Below, piece after piece: positions 51,218 to 61,548 of a stretch of DNA of 64,000 nucleotides. The DNA is taken from the NCBI GenBank assembly GCA_945870425.1, contig CAMBSD010000017.1, positions 8,884 to 72,883 on the forward strand, in the 5' to 3' direction. A model generated the notes under the pieces. It was not told the DNA's origin, did no database searches, and was given only the letters and a program-made list of their open reading frames with translations. The stretch comes from Chitinophaga pinensis (lineage in GTDB: Bacteria > Bacteroidota > Bacteroidia > UKL13-3). The position numbers and the translations under genes are program-made. How positions within the stretch are numbered: the stretch's first letter is position 1; every line of letters begins with the position of its first letter.

Positions 51218-51678
51218 TATTTAACCGAATTTAATTTTGAGCTTTGGATGTAGTTTGTGTCCACACTAATAACGGCAGAGTGTGGCAAAGAGTCGACCAT
51301 ATATTTTTTGAGTTTGAGGTCTTCCATATTCAAGTTCTCTAGCACTTTTACATAGATGCTATCCATATCGGCAGGGTTGTTTAAGTAGTATTGAAAAGTG
51401 TTATTGAAATCATTGGCTGTCACAGCATATTTCCTATAAATGAAATCATAATAATCGCTTGAAAGTTTTTTTGCAGAATCAGCCGCTAAATTTTTTTGGT
51501 TAATAAGCGCATCCACAAAATGTAATTCACTTAGCATCTGTTGCATTTTTTCAGGTGATACCAAGTTGTTTGGTTTTTCGGCTGTGTTTTGTTTTCCATC
51601 CTGACAAGCGAAGAGCCCCATCAAAAAAGCCGATAAAATCAATGACAGAAATATTTTGTTATTATTCAACATAAGCAT
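51217..51678 (-). CDS. DUF4296 family lipoprotein
   Basis: LFAC lipobox, KPNNLVSPEKM..L.ELH..DA, IYRKYAV...F...FQYY; start at ATG 51678 or 51672. Confidence 0.75.
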   Translation of the reverse strand: MLMLNNNKIFLSLILSAFLMGLFACQDGKQNTAEKPNNLVSPEKMQQMLSELHFVDALINQKNLAADSAKKLSSDYYDFIYRKYAVTANDFNNTFQYYLNNPADMDSIYVKVLENLNMEDLKLKKYMVDSLPHSAVISVDTNYIQSSKLNSVK

Positions 51679-51694
51679 TTTAATTTCGCACAGT

Positions 51695-52351
51695 ATGATA
51701 GCTGCAAATATTGATAAAATAAAGCAACAAATAGGCATGGGTGTGCAACTAATTGCTGTAAGTAAAACAAAGCCCCTGCCAATGCTAATGGAGGCCTATC
51801 AGGCAGGGCAGAGAGCATTTGGTGAAAATAAGGTGCAAGAGCTATTGGCTAAGCAAGCCGAAATGCCTGCCGATGTGGAGTGGCATTTGATTGGTCATTT
51901 GCAAAGCAATAAGGTTAAGCCGATTGCACCTTTTGTGTATTTAATTCATTCGGTAGATGGATTTAAGCTATTGGAGGTGATTAATAAAGAAGCTCTTAAA
52001 AATAACCGTGTTATCAATTGCTTGTTGCAGATTTTCATTGCTGATGAAGAAACCAAATTTGGTTTGTCTGAAGCAGAGGCCGAAGAATTGGTGCATAGCA
52101 CTGCTTTTGAGCAAATGGCAAACATTAAGATTGTTGGTTTGATGGGTATGGCAACTAATACAGATGACGAGACCAAAATAACAGCAGAATTCAAAGGTCT
52201 AAAAATCTTTTTTGATAGATTGAAAGAACATCGCAGCGCTAACTTCGAACTCTCAATCCTAAGCATGGGGATGAGCAGCGATTATATGCTGGCTGTGGAA
52301 GCGGGAAGCAATATGGTTAGAGTTGGGAGCTCTATATTTGGAACGAGATAA
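51695..52351 (+). CDS. yggS: YggS family PLP homeostasis protein
   Basis: LIAVSKTKP, FGENKVQE, WHLIGHLQSNK, LSMGMSSDY, VRVGSSIFG; start at ATG 51695. Confidence 0.95.
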   Translation: MIAANIDKIKQQIGMGVQLIAVSKTKPLPMLMEAYQAGQRAFGENKVQELLAKQAEMPADVEWHLIGHLQSNKVKPIAPFVYLIHSVDGFKLLEVINKEALKNNRVINCLLQIFIADEETKFGLSEAEAEELVHSTAFEQMANIKIVGLMGMATNTDDETKITAEFKGLKIFFDRLKEHRSANFELSILSMGMSSDYMLAVEAGSNMVRVGSSIFGTR

Positions 52352-52430
52352 AATTGATGGCAATTAGCTCTGAGAAATTTATTTGATAAATCCCTCAAAA
52401 GTGTCCATTTTTGAAGCCAATTAATTGAGT

Positions 52431-53813
52431 ATGAAAATAGAACAATTGTATACAAACTGCTTAGCACAAGCAGCTTACTATATTGAGTCAGATGGAGAGG
52501 TAGCTATCATTGATCCATTGCGCGATTACCAGATGTATATTGATAAAGCGGCTGCAGATGGGGCAACCATTAAATATATTTTTGAAACACATTTTCATGC
52601 TGACTTTGTAAGTGGACATATCGATTTGGCTAATAAAACGGGTGCTAAAATAGTTTATGGACCCACCACGCAAACCAGTTATCCAATTCATGTAGCTGAG
52701 GATGGGGAATTATTGCCTTTGGGTAAAATAAAAATAAAGGTACTTCATACACCCGGACACACACCTGAAAGTTCCTCTTTTTTATTGATTGATGAAAAGG
52801 GTAAAGACCATAGCGTTTTTACGGGTGATACCCTTTTTGTAGGTGATGTTGGAAGGCCAGATTTGTTAGATGGAATTATGACCAAAGAGCAGTTGGCAGG
52901 GATGATGTATCATTCATTGAAAAAACTTATAGCCTTAGCTGACGAGGTAATTGTTTATCCCGCTCATGGTTCCGGAAGTGCGTGTGGTAAAAACATTGGT
53001 AAAGAAACTTTTAGTACCATCGGTCAACAAAAGGGAAATAATTATGCTTTACAACCTATGACTGAAAGCGAGTTTATTGATATTGTAACTGATGGTATCT
53101 CTCCTGCACCTGCCTATTTCTTCAAGGATGCTAAATTGAACAAACAAGGTTATGTCAGTTTTGAAGAAGTGATTGAAAGAGGTTCTAAAGCCTTAAGTGC
53201 AGTTGAATTTGATGAAGCAATAAAAAAAGGTGCTAATATTATTGATACCCGATTGCCAGATAATTTTGAATTAGGCTTCATACCAGGAGCAATTAATTTT
53301 GGATTGAATGGACAATACGCCATATGGGCTGCTACCATCCTTGATATACATGCTCCCATTTTATTGGTTGCCAAACCGGGCACTGAAAAAGAATCACTAG
53401 AACGCTTAACCCGTGTTGGTTTTGATAATATCATTGGATACCTAGATGGTGGTTTTGAAGCTTGGGTTGGTGCTGACAAAAAATATGATATGGTGATTTC
53501 CATATCTGCTGAAGAGTTGGCTCTGGACTCAAAACATAATCCCAATGCAAAGATAGTGGATGTGAGAAAACCTACCGAGTTCAAGACAGCTCATGTAAAA
53601 GTAGCTGAAAATATTTCTTTGGCTGAATTGCCCCAACAAGTTGAAAGCCTTGATAAATCAGGCGAATATTTGATTCATTGTGCAGGTGGATACAGAAGCA
53701 TGGTGGCCGCTAGTTTTATGAAATCAAAAGGCATCCGCAATGTGAAAAATGTGTGGGGCGGTTTTGATATGATTAAAAAAGAAGAAGTAGAGATTATAGA
53801 AGCTAAGGCTTAA
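52431..53813 (+). CDS. MBL-fold metallo-hydrolase with two rhodanese domains (persulfide dioxygenase-like)
   Basis: ETHFHADFVSG, HTPGHT, GDTLFVGDVGRPDL, PAHGSGSACG, HCAGGYRS. Confidence 0.9.
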   Translation: MKIEQLYTNCLAQAAYYIESDGEVAIIDPLRDYQMYIDKAAADGATIKYIFETHFHADFVSGHIDLANKTGAKIVYGPTTQTSYPIHVAEDGELLPLGKIKIKVLHTPGHTPESSSFLLIDEKGKDHSVFTGDTLFVGDVGRPDLLDGIMTKEQLAGMMYHSLKKLIALADEVIVYPAHGSGSACGKNIGKETFSTIGQQKGNNYALQPMTESEFIDIVTDGISPAPAYFFKDAKLNKQGYVSFEEVIERGSKALSAVEFDEAIKKGANIIDTRLPDNFELGFIPGAINFGLNGQYAIWAATILDIHAPILLVAKPGTEKESLERLTRVGFDNIIGYLDGGFEAWVGADKKYDMVISISAEELALDSKHNPNAKIVDVRKPTEFKTAHVKVAENISLAELPQQVESLDKSGEYLIHCAGGYRSMVAASFMKSKGIRNVKNVWGGFDMIKKEEVEIIEAKA

Positions 53814-53959
53814 ATTGGATTTGCCTTATAACGTTTAATGCAAAACTTATTCAATTGCAGTGTTTATAAAAGTCAGTCAGAGTCATTATTTCCTTTCGTT
53901 TTTTATTGTTTTATTTGCTAAAGCATATACCAAGAAATAAACCTTACAAACAAATAACT

Positions 53960-55363
53960 ATGTATACCATTAAATTTGGAACAGACGGCTGGCGAGGAAT
54001 CATTGCCGATGAATTTACAGTTGAAAATGTTAAACGTGTAGCACAGGGTACAGCCCAATACATTAAAAATAAACATTCTGATAACTTAAGCATTGTGCTG
54101 GGCCATGATTGTCGTTTTGCAGGTGAGTTGTTTGCCGAAACTACTGCCAAAGTAATGTGTGCCAACGGTATTAAAGTAAAATTGGCCAAAAATTTTGTTA
54201 GCACACCTATGATAAGTTTAGGTGCTGTTAAACACAAAGCCGCTTTAGGAGTCATTATAACTGCTAGTCACAATCCCCCTGAATACAACGGTTTTAAATT
54301 AAAAGCTCATTATGGCGGTCCTTCTAGCCCTTCTACTATTGATGAAGTGGAAAAAGCCATACCTGAAACAGTTAATGCCAATCTGAAATCAATGGAAGAA
54401 TTGATAAATGAAGGCATGATTACTTATGTTGATTTAGAAACTCTTTATATTGACGAGGTTAAAAGTGGTTTTGATTTAAACGCCATTAAAGAGTGTGGCA
54501 AAAAATGGGGTTATGATGCCATGTATGGAGCGGGTCAAAATGTTATGAAAAACATTTTCCCGGAAATTACCTTATTGCACTGCGATTATAATCCAAGTTT
54601 TAGAGGACAAGCACCTGAACCTATTCATAAAAACTTAAAAGAATTTAGTGCATTAATCGAAGCGAGTAAAAACATCGATTGCGGATTGGTTACGGATGGA
54701 GACGCGGATAGGATAGGGCTTTATAATAAAGCGGGTAAATTTGTAGATTCACATCACATTATTTTGTTATTGGTGCATTACCTTCATAAATACAAAGGTT
54801 TGGATGGAAAAGTAATTACCACTTTCAGTGCCACATCAAAAATCACCAAATTAGCTGAAGCTTATGGATTACCAATTGAAATTACCAAGATTGGTTTCAA
54901 ATACATCTGCGAAAAAATGGTTACCGAAAACGTGTTAGTAGGTGGGGAAGAGAGTGGTGGAATTGCTATTAAAGGATTTATTCCGGAGCGTGATGGTATA
55001 TGGATAGGCCTTACTTTATGGGAGTTTATGGCCAAAACAGGTAAAAGTTTGGATGAATTAATACAAGAAGTATATGATGTGGTTGGAAGCTTCTCTATGG
55101 GAAGAATAGACTTACATATTACCGAAGAAATTAAACAAAATGTTTTGGCCAATTGTAAGTCAGGTAAATACACTACCTTTGGCAACTATTCAATTGAAAA
55201 AACTGAAGACTTAGATGGATTTAAATTCCATTTTGGAAACGGAGAATGGGTAATGATTCGCGCAAGCGGAACAGAGCCAGTTCTAAGGGTTTACAGTGAA
55301 TCTTCAACTGAAGAGAAAGCCAATGCTGTTTTGCAAGCTTGCAAACAAACAATTTTGGCTTAA
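53960..55363 (+). CDS. Phosphoglucomutase/phosphomannomutase
   Basis: FGTDGWR, TASHNP, DGDADR, GGEESGG, RASGTEP; start at ATG 53960. Confidence 0.93.
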   Translation: MYTIKFGTDGWRGIIADEFTVENVKRVAQGTAQYIKNKHSDNLSIVLGHDCRFAGELFAETTAKVMCANGIKVKLAKNFVSTPMISLGAVKHKAALGVIITASHNPPEYNGFKLKAHYGGPSSPSTIDEVEKAIPETVNANLKSMEELINEGMITYVDLETLYIDEVKSGFDLNAIKECGKKWGYDAMYGAGQNVMKNIFPEITLLHCDYNPSFRGQAPEPIHKNLKEFSALIEASKNIDCGLVTDGDADRIGLYNKAGKFVDSHHIILLLVHYLHKYKGLDGKVITTFSATSKITKLAEAYGLPIEITKIGFKYICEKMVTENVLVGGEESGGIAIKGFIPERDGIWIGLTLWEFMAKTGKSLDELIQEVYDVVGSFSMGRIDLHITEEIKQNVLANCKSGKYTTFGNYSIEKTEDLDGFKFHFGNGEWVMIRASGTEPVLRVYSESSTEEKANAVLQACKQTILA

Positions 55364-55408
55364 TTCGACTTTATAGAAGTATTATATTTGGAGTATCAAT
55401 AAAATTAA

Positions 55409-56389
55409 ATGAATTCAACAAAATCATTAACAAGAAGCGAAGTAATGTTACACATCGGAAAAGATGTGGACCAATACACTTCTGAATTTTTAAAACCGAT
55501 AGAATCTAATTGGCAAGCATCTGAATTGTTGCCACTGACATCTGATAGTGCCTTTATTGCTGACTTGAAAGTTATACAAGAACAAGCGGAAGGATTATCA
55601 TACGATTTACTTGCGGTGCTTGTGGCTGACACCATTACTGAAGAAGCTTTACCTACTTATGAAACATGGTTGGCAGGCGTAAATGGTATCGACCAACATA
55701 ATAACAATGGATGGATGAAATGGTTAAGAGGATGGACTGCTGAAGAAAATCGTCATGGAGATGTGTTAAACCGTTATTTATACTTATGCGGACGCATCAA
55801 CATGAAAGAGTTTGAAGCATCTACCCAGTTTTTGATTGCCGATGGATTCAATAATGGCGCGGGAAGTGACCCTTATCGAAATTTTGTTTATACCAGTTTC
55901 CAAGAAATGGCTACCAATATTTCGCACCGCAGGGTAGCCACTATAGCCAAGCAAGAAGGAAGCAATATTCTTTCAAAACTGTGTGGACTAGTGGCAGCTG
56001 ATGAAGCCCGTCATGCTAAGGCATACAAAACTTTTGTGACTAAAATATTTGAAATTGATTCTAACGAAATGATGTTGGCATTTGAGGATATGATGAGACA
56101 GAAAATTGCTATGCCTGCGCAATATTTGAGAGAGATGGGTGATAAGATTAATACCTTTTCAAACTTTAGTGATGCGGCACAAAGAATTGGAGTTTATACC
56201 TCATTAGACTATGTCGATATTTTAAAATCCTTAATTGAAGAATGGGAAATTGATGGCATTCGTGGACTAAACGAACAAGGCGAAAAAGCCCGTGATTATC
56301 TGATGAGACTGCCAGATAGATTAACACGTCTTTCTGAAAGAATGCGCATTCCTGATACCGAATTTAAATTTAATTGGATATTAGCATAA
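55409..56389 (+). CDS. Acyl-ACP desaturase (soluble diiron)
   Basis: ITEEALPTY, WTAEENRHG, YTSFQE.AT..SH, DEARH, MPA. Confidence 0.93.
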   Translation: MNSTKSLTRSEVMLHIGKDVDQYTSEFLKPIESNWQASELLPLTSDSAFIADLKVIQEQAEGLSYDLLAVLVADTITEEALPTYETWLAGVNGIDQHNNNGWMKWLRGWTAEENRHGDVLNRYLYLCGRINMKEFEASTQFLIADGFNNGAGSDPYRNFVYTSFQEMATNISHRRVATIAKQEGSNILSKLCGLVAADEARHAKAYKTFVTKIFEIDSNEMMLAFEDMMRQKIAMPAQYLREMGDKINTFSNFSDAAQRIGVYTSLDYVDILKSLIEEWEIDGIRGLNEQGEKARDYLMRLPDRLTRLSERMRIPDTEFKFNWILA

Positions 56390-56427
56390 ATAGAAAAGGC
56401 TTCTCAACGAGAAGCCTTTTCTATTTA
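56387..56427 (+). terminator. Rho-independent terminator
   Basis: TAAATAGAAAAGGCTTCTC-aac-GAGAAGCCTTTTCTATTTA perfect stem. Confidence 0.85.
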
Positions 56428-56655
56428 TTTTAGATAAATATTGAATAAGAATTAGCTTGACTAGTCTAATATTTAATCAATTTATCTTTTTTTAAACATA
56501 TGCGTGCTCTCACCAGTATTTGAAAACGCTCACAGATAAGAGTTTTCATAATATGTAATTAGCCCTCTTTATTTGTATTATCTTCTTTTCGTCAAACTTT
56601 CTTTCTAAGCATTTGCATAGCCTATCCTTTTGTTTATTTTTGATAAACCAAGGAC

Positions 56656-59241
56656 ATGAAAAAAATACTTTTAATAGCCATCGCTAGTTTGATAAGCAGT
56701 ATTGCTTTTTCACAAATTAGTAAAACACAAATAGATGCAGCTCTTCAAGCCAAAGGCCTTGATCCATCAGAAAATGATGCCTATAATATTACCTCGCAAT
56801 CAAGCTCCAAAGACATAGGTGTAAGTCATGTGTATTTGCGTCAAACAATCAATGGTATTGAAATATTTAATGGCAATCCTGCCCTGCATTTTGATAAAAA
56901 TGGCAATGTGTTTAGTTTTAGCAATGCTTTTATAAAGTCAGCCAAAAGCAAGCTAGTTGTTTCAAATAACAACACTTCTTACAATAAAGCGATTGAAATA
57001 GTTGCCAAGCAATTGGGATTAAGCGTTAATTTCTCTGTAAATAAAACCAATTCCCAAACCAATGAATACATTGTTTTAGATAAGAAAGCTTCTAGTCAAG
57101 ACATCAAAGCCAAATTGTATTATTTGTTGTTGGACAAAGAGATAAGACAAGTATGGAATATTGAGTTTTTTTTAGATAAAACAGGTGATTGGTGGAACAA
57201 ACGTGTGGATGTGAATACAGGTAAAATAATTGATGAAAATAATTGGACCACTCAGTGCGATGTGAAACAAACCAGTAAAAGGATAAAAAAAAACGATAAA
57301 TTTAGCTTCGTTTTTGAAGACAAGGAAACCCTAATGAAAACAGGAAATGGTTCTTATAAAGTTTTTCCTATTCCTGCTGAGAGCCCGCAAAAGGCTGCCC
57401 ACCAAATAGTGAACAATCCAGCCAATGCAACTGCTTCACCATTTGGTTGGCATGATGTAGATGGATTGGCAGGTGCCGATTATACCATCACACGCGGAAA
57501 TAACGTCTGGGCAATGGAAGACACGCTCAATACAAATGACGCAACTGGATTCGCCCCAGATGGTGGGACAACATTAGATTTTGATTATTCTTATGATTCT
57601 AAACTAGGAGTTAACCCAAGAACAAATCTAAAAGCGGCTATTACCAACTTGTTTTATTGGAATAATGTAATTCATGATGTTTTTTACCAATATGGTTTTG
57701 ATGAAGAGTCTGGAAATTTTCAACAAACCAATTATAAGCAAATAGGATTAGGTAATGATTTTGTGTTCGCAGATGCACAAGATGGAAGTGGCAAAAACAA
57801 TGCAAACTTTGGCACACCACCTGATGGATCTAATCCTAGAATGCAAATGTATGTGTGGCAAATAGGTTCTGATACCAATGTGTTTCATGTCAATAGCCCA
57901 AGTTTTTTGAAAGGAAGATTTACTTCCTCATTGGCTAGTTTTGGTCCTTATCCAATGATGCCTGGCGTTAAGGCAGATTTGGTAATCGCTCAAGATGCTA
58001 CGGCCAATCCTAGCCTTGCTTGCGAGTCTATTGTGAATGATGTGTATGGTAAAATAGCAGTAATAGATAGGGGTTCATGTTTGTTTGTAGATAAGGTATA
58101 CAACGCTCAGCTTGCAGGTGCAAAAGCTGCCATAATAATTAATAATGTGCCCGGTCCTTCCTTTTCAATGGGTACATCTAGCACAGACAAAGATGCATTA
58201 ATCAATATTCCATCTATTATGATTAGCAAAGATTTGGGTGATTCTTTAAAACAATATTTACAGAATTCAGTAGCTATTAATGCAAGCATCTCAGATTCGC
58301 TTGGCCCAAAATTTACTGATAGTGATTTCGATAATGGAGTGATTGTACATGAATATACACATGGACTATCAAACAGATTAACGGGTGGTGCTGGTAATAC
58401 TAGTTGCTTAAGCAATGCAGAACAAGGAGGAGAAGGTTGGAGTGATTTTTTTGCATTGGCTTTAACTTCTCACTCTTATGATAACCCTCAAATGGGTAGA
58501 GGAATAGGAATGTATTTACGTGGTGAAGATACAACGGGTTTAGGAATTAGATCCTATAGGTATAGTCGAAGTTTAGACATCAATCCTGTTACTTATGATA
58601 GCATCAAACGCAGAGAAAGTAGCGAGGTACACTATATTGGTTTTGTTTGGTGTTCAATGTTGTATGATATATTTTGGGATATGTCTGATAAATATGGATT
58701 TAGTAATGATATTTACAATGGCAATGGTGGAAACAATAAAGCTATGAAATTGGTGATGGAAGGTCTTAAGCTGCAGCCTTGTTCTCCAGGATTTATTGAT
58801 GCAAGGGATGCTATTTTGCTAGCAGATTCTCTTTTGAATAATTTTGCAAATAAAGATTTGCTATGGAAAGCCTTTGCTCGCAGAGGTTTAGGATATGGTG
58901 CTGATCAAGGATCTTCCCTTGACATTAAGGATGGTATTGAATCTTTTAAACTTCCTCCACCTCCTAAACAAACTACTAGAATGGATGAAACCTTGAGTGA
59001 GAAATCAGTGAAGCTTTATCCAAATCCTAACAAAGGGACTTTTACCATTGAGACTGAGAGCGAACTTATAATGAATGCAATTAAAGTGTATGATATTTCA
59101 GGTAAGCAGGTTTTTAGTGAAGAAATGCAAAAGGAAAATAGGATTCATCAATTGAAGGTAAATTCACTAGAAACTGGTATATACATAGTTCAAATTGAAA
59201 CCGAAAAAGGCAGCATTTATAAGAAAATGATTGTTGAATAA
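56656..59241 (+). CDS. T9SS-secreted M36 (fungalysin) metallopeptidase with PA domain
   Basis: FTP/PepSY propeptide, TRGNNV, YGFDEESGNFQ, NNANFGTPPDG, PA domain (DRGSC.F..KV.NAQ.AGA), HEYTH, GEGWSD, CTD LYPNP...GIYIV. Confidence 0.92.
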   Translation: MKKILLIAIASLISSIAFSQISKTQIDAALQAKGLDPSENDAYNITSQSSSKDIGVSHVYLRQTINGIEIFNGNPALHFDKNGNVFSFSNAFIKSAKSKLVVSNNNTSYNKAIEIVAKQLGLSVNFSVNKTNSQTNEYIVLDKKASSQDIKAKLYYLLLDKEIRQVWNIEFFLDKTGDWWNKRVDVNTGKIIDENNWTTQCDVKQTSKRIKKNDKFSFVFEDKETLMKTGNGSYKVFPIPAESPQKAAHQIVNNPANATASPFGWHDVDGLAGADYTITRGNNVWAMEDTLNTNDATGFAPDGGTTLDFDYSYDSKLGVNPRTNLKAAITNLFYWNNVIHDVFYQYGFDEESGNFQQTNYKQIGLGNDFVFADAQDGSGKNNANFGTPPDGSNPRMQMYVWQIGSDTNVFHVNSPSFLKGRFTSSLASFGPYPMMPGVKADLVIAQDATANPSLACESIVNDVYGKIAVIDRGSCLFVDKVYNAQLAGAKAAIIINNVPGPSFSMGTSSTDKDALINIPSIMISKDLGDSLKQYLQNSVAINASISDSLGPKFTDSDFDNGVIVHEYTHGLSNRLTGGAGNTSCLSNAEQGGEGWSDFFALALTSHSYDNPQMGRGIGMYLRGEDTTGLGIRSYRYSRSLDINPVTYDSIKRRESSEVHYIGFVWCSMLYDIFWDMSDKYGFSNDIYNGNGGNNKAMKLVMEGLKLQPCSPGFIDARDAILLADSLLNNFANKDLLWKAFARRGLGYGADQGSSLDIKDGIESFKLPPPPKQTTRMDETLSEKSVKLYPNPNKGTFTIETESELIMNAIKVYDISGKQVFSEEMQKENRIHQLKVNSLETGIYIVQIETEKGSIYKKMIVE

Positions 59242-59328
59242 TATACAAATCATTCATTTGGCATTTTCGTTGACTTAAGCCAACGAAAATGTCAAAAATA
59301 GGCAGAACAAAAATCACCCTTTAAATAT

Positions 59329-59766
59329 ATGAGCTGGGTAAGAGTTTATATACATATTGTCTTTACTACAAAGAACAGAGAGCCTTTTCTAAATTCTGTC
59401 GAACTTAGAAAGCAGGTTTTTCAACACATAAAACAAAATGCACTCGATAAAGATAATTGGCTTGATTGTGTAAATGGTTATAGCGAACATGCTCATTGTT
59501 TAATTTCATTGAAAAGAGATCAAACAATTAGTAAAGTGGTTCAATTAATTAAAGGCGAATCTTCCTTTTGGGTCAATAAGAATAAACTGACTGAAAATTA
59601 TTTCATGTGGCAAGATGATTACTGGGCTGTTGGTGTCAGCGAAAGTCAAGTAGAAAGGGTGAGAAGATACATTCACAACCAAGAAATTCATCATGCTAAA
59701 AAATCTTTTACTACAGAAATAAATGAGTTTATAGAAAAATATAATTGTAGCAATTCTGAGAACTGA
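59329..59766 (+). CDS. tnpA: IS200/IS605 family (Y1 HUH) transposase
   Basis: HIVFTTKNR, EHAH (HUH), IKGESS, WQDDY, YIHNQEIHH (catalytic Tyr). Confidence 0.9.
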   Translation: MSWVRVYIHIVFTTKNREPFLNSVELRKQVFQHIKQNALDKDNWLDCVNGYSEHAHCLISLKRDQTISKVVQLIKGESSFWVNKNKLTENYFMWQDDYWAVGVSESQVERVRRYIHNQEIHHAKKSFTTEINEFIEKYNCSNSEN

Positions 59767-59792
59767 TATTCTTTAAAGGGTATAATCTATTG

Positions 59793-59904
59793 CCATGAGA
59801 TTTAGCTAAAAAGAAATAAAAAAGGATTTTATCCTTACCATGAGCTTTAGCTAAAAAAGAAATAAAGAAGCATTTTATCTATTACCATGAGCTTTAGCTC
59901 ATGG
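59793..59904 (+). repeat. Degenerate 45-47 bp tandem repeat (units start 59793, 59838, 59885)
   Basis: Each unit begins CCATGAG(C/A)TTTAGCT; the third completes the palindrome CCATGAGCTTTAGCTCATGG. Confidence 0.8.
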
Positions 59905-60026
59905 AACAAAAATAAATAGCAAATGGGCTTTAGCCATATTTAATATTTGGCTAAAGCCAATCGGAGTATTTGATTTGTGCAGTTGGCTAAAGCCAACTGA
60001 AATTTATAAAAAGAATAATTTTCAAA

Positions 60027-60338
60027 ATGGATTCAATAAAATCAAACCAAATTAAACAAGAAAGAAAAATTCTAATTATGTCTCTTTTCCTTTTGTCTGT
60101 TTTGATTATTATATTTGGATGTTGCTCAAATTGGAATGGAAATATATTTTATACAGGTATTATCATTTCTATACTTGTTGTTTTGGGTATTTATATTTAT
60201 TGGCCAAGACAATGCTGCAAATGCAAGCAGCATATGCATAGGAAGGTTATTAATTATTTTTTGGTTTTTGAATTTTCGAAATGTAACAACGCTTTCAGAA
60301 CTCATTTCATCGTTGATTCAAATTCATTTATTGGTTAA
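60027..60338 (+). CDS. Hypothetical small membrane protein, possible Zn-ribbon C-terminus
   Basis: Two hydrophobic segments followed by CCKC...FSKC. Confidence 0.4.
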   Translation: MDSIKSNQIKQERKILIMSLFLLSVLIIIFGCCSNWNGNIFYTGIIISILVVLGIYIYWPRQCCKCKQHMHRKVINYFLVFEFSKCNNAFRTHFIVDSNSFIG

Positions 60339-60401
60339 AAATGCTATTTTGCATACTGATAAAATCATTACCATCATCTATCAATCAAAAACTATCCCGC
60401 C

Positions 60402-61436
60402 TTGCCACATATAAGTAAGAAAAAAGTTAGCTTTGGCATTAGCCACCATTTGCGAAAATACCTCGACTCTTGCGGCCGTGCCACCAATATTCCTCTGCAA
60501 TATGCTGACTTGAAAAACTTCAAAGAAAGTGTTGCCTTATATGATAAGAAAGGAAAAGACACACTATGGGAAACCTGCATATATGCCCCTTCTGATATTG
60601 AACATATCCATAACGATTTGATTCAGATTTATGCCTTGCTAAAAGTAGGCGGAGATGTGGAAGTGATGAAACACTTGTATATCGAACGTATTGACAATTG
60701 TTTGTATGGAAATACCGCCCCATTCAGGGTGCGCGTGGTAAATAAATTGAACGATAATTTTGATTATTTCTATGTGAAAAATGCAGATGCCTCAAGGATA
60801 TACGGTTTGGAGCTAGAGCATCTGCTTTCCCCTAATCGTATTCATTACCTTGTGAGTGGCAATACCTTAATAGAAGAGCATATTGCGGGTATTCCAGGAG
60901 ATGATTTTGTTAGAAATTATTTTGATAAAGAAAATTTCAATCCCATTCGATTATCTAAGGAGTTTGTGAAATTTAATGAGCGATGCCTTATCATTCTTTT
61001 GGGCGATATGCATTCAAGCAATTTTGTAATTCAAATTACTCCTGATTTTGAAGAAACCAATTACCGCATACGCTCCATCGATTTTGACCAACAAGCCTAT
61101 GAAGGCAGAAAAAATATTTATTTGCCACAGTATTATAAGCAAAACAAAGCCTATATCGAATTGGTTCAAAAGCATATCAGCCTTGAAAGTATAAGACAAT
61201 ACCAACGTGAAGAAAGAGCAGTGATGGTAAGCAGAATGCGGTCATCAAAAAAAGTTATTTTCGACTTATTAAAAGCCATGAGTCATGATGATATTGCACC
61301 TAATGAAAATATTAACAACCTAAAACAAGAACTAGCAGCACATTACCAAAGCGATAGATTTTTGAAAGCACGCAGCATGGGAGATATTGTAAGATGCAGT
61401 TTATTACATTTGCTCCGAACCAATAAAAGAAGCTAA
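60402..61436 (+). CDS. Conserved hypothetical protein with atypical-kinase-like motifs
   Basis: YGNTAPFRV, FYVK, EEHIAGIPGD, LLGDMHSSNF, IDFDQ. Confidence 0.65.
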   Translation: MPHISKKKVSFGISHHLRKYLDSCGRATNIPLQYADLKNFKESVALYDKKGKDTLWETCIYAPSDIEHIHNDLIQIYALLKVGGDVEVMKHLYIERIDNCLYGNTAPFRVRVVNKLNDNFDYFYVKNADASRIYGLELEHLLSPNRIHYLVSGNTLIEEHIAGIPGDDFVRNYFDKENFNPIRLSKEFVKFNERCLIILLGDMHSSNFVIQITPDFEETNYRIRSIDFDQQAYEGRKNIYLPQYYKQNKAYIELVQKHISLESIRQYQREERAVMVSRMRSSKKVIFDLLKAMSHDDIAPNENINNLKQELAAHYQSDRFLKARSMGDIVRCSLLHLLRTNKRS

Positions 61437-61548
61437 TTAATTACGAAATGAGAATTAATAATTACGAATTAGGAGTAACCTATAAATAACTAACGTATAA
61501 CCCAATAACGAAATAACGCATTAACCAATAACGATTTAACAAATAACA

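Larger units (their letters stand above)
59258..59999 (+). mobile_element. Y1 (IS200/IS605 TnpA or RAYT-like) transposase locus with flanking REP-like hairpins
   Basis: Hairpin 59258-59295 upstream; cluster of GCTTTAGC/GCTAAAGC-core hairpins at 59793-59999 downstream; no tnpB. Confidence 0.7.

Noticed and set aside
59793-59904. CRISPR-like repeat array
   Set aside because: Only three degenerate units, the intervening sequences resemble each other, and there are no cas genes; better explained as REP tandem duplication.
60115-60414. Overlapping 99-aa ORF
   Set aside because: Alternative frame of a T-rich region with no recognisable motif; at most one of the two overlapping ORFs is likely real.
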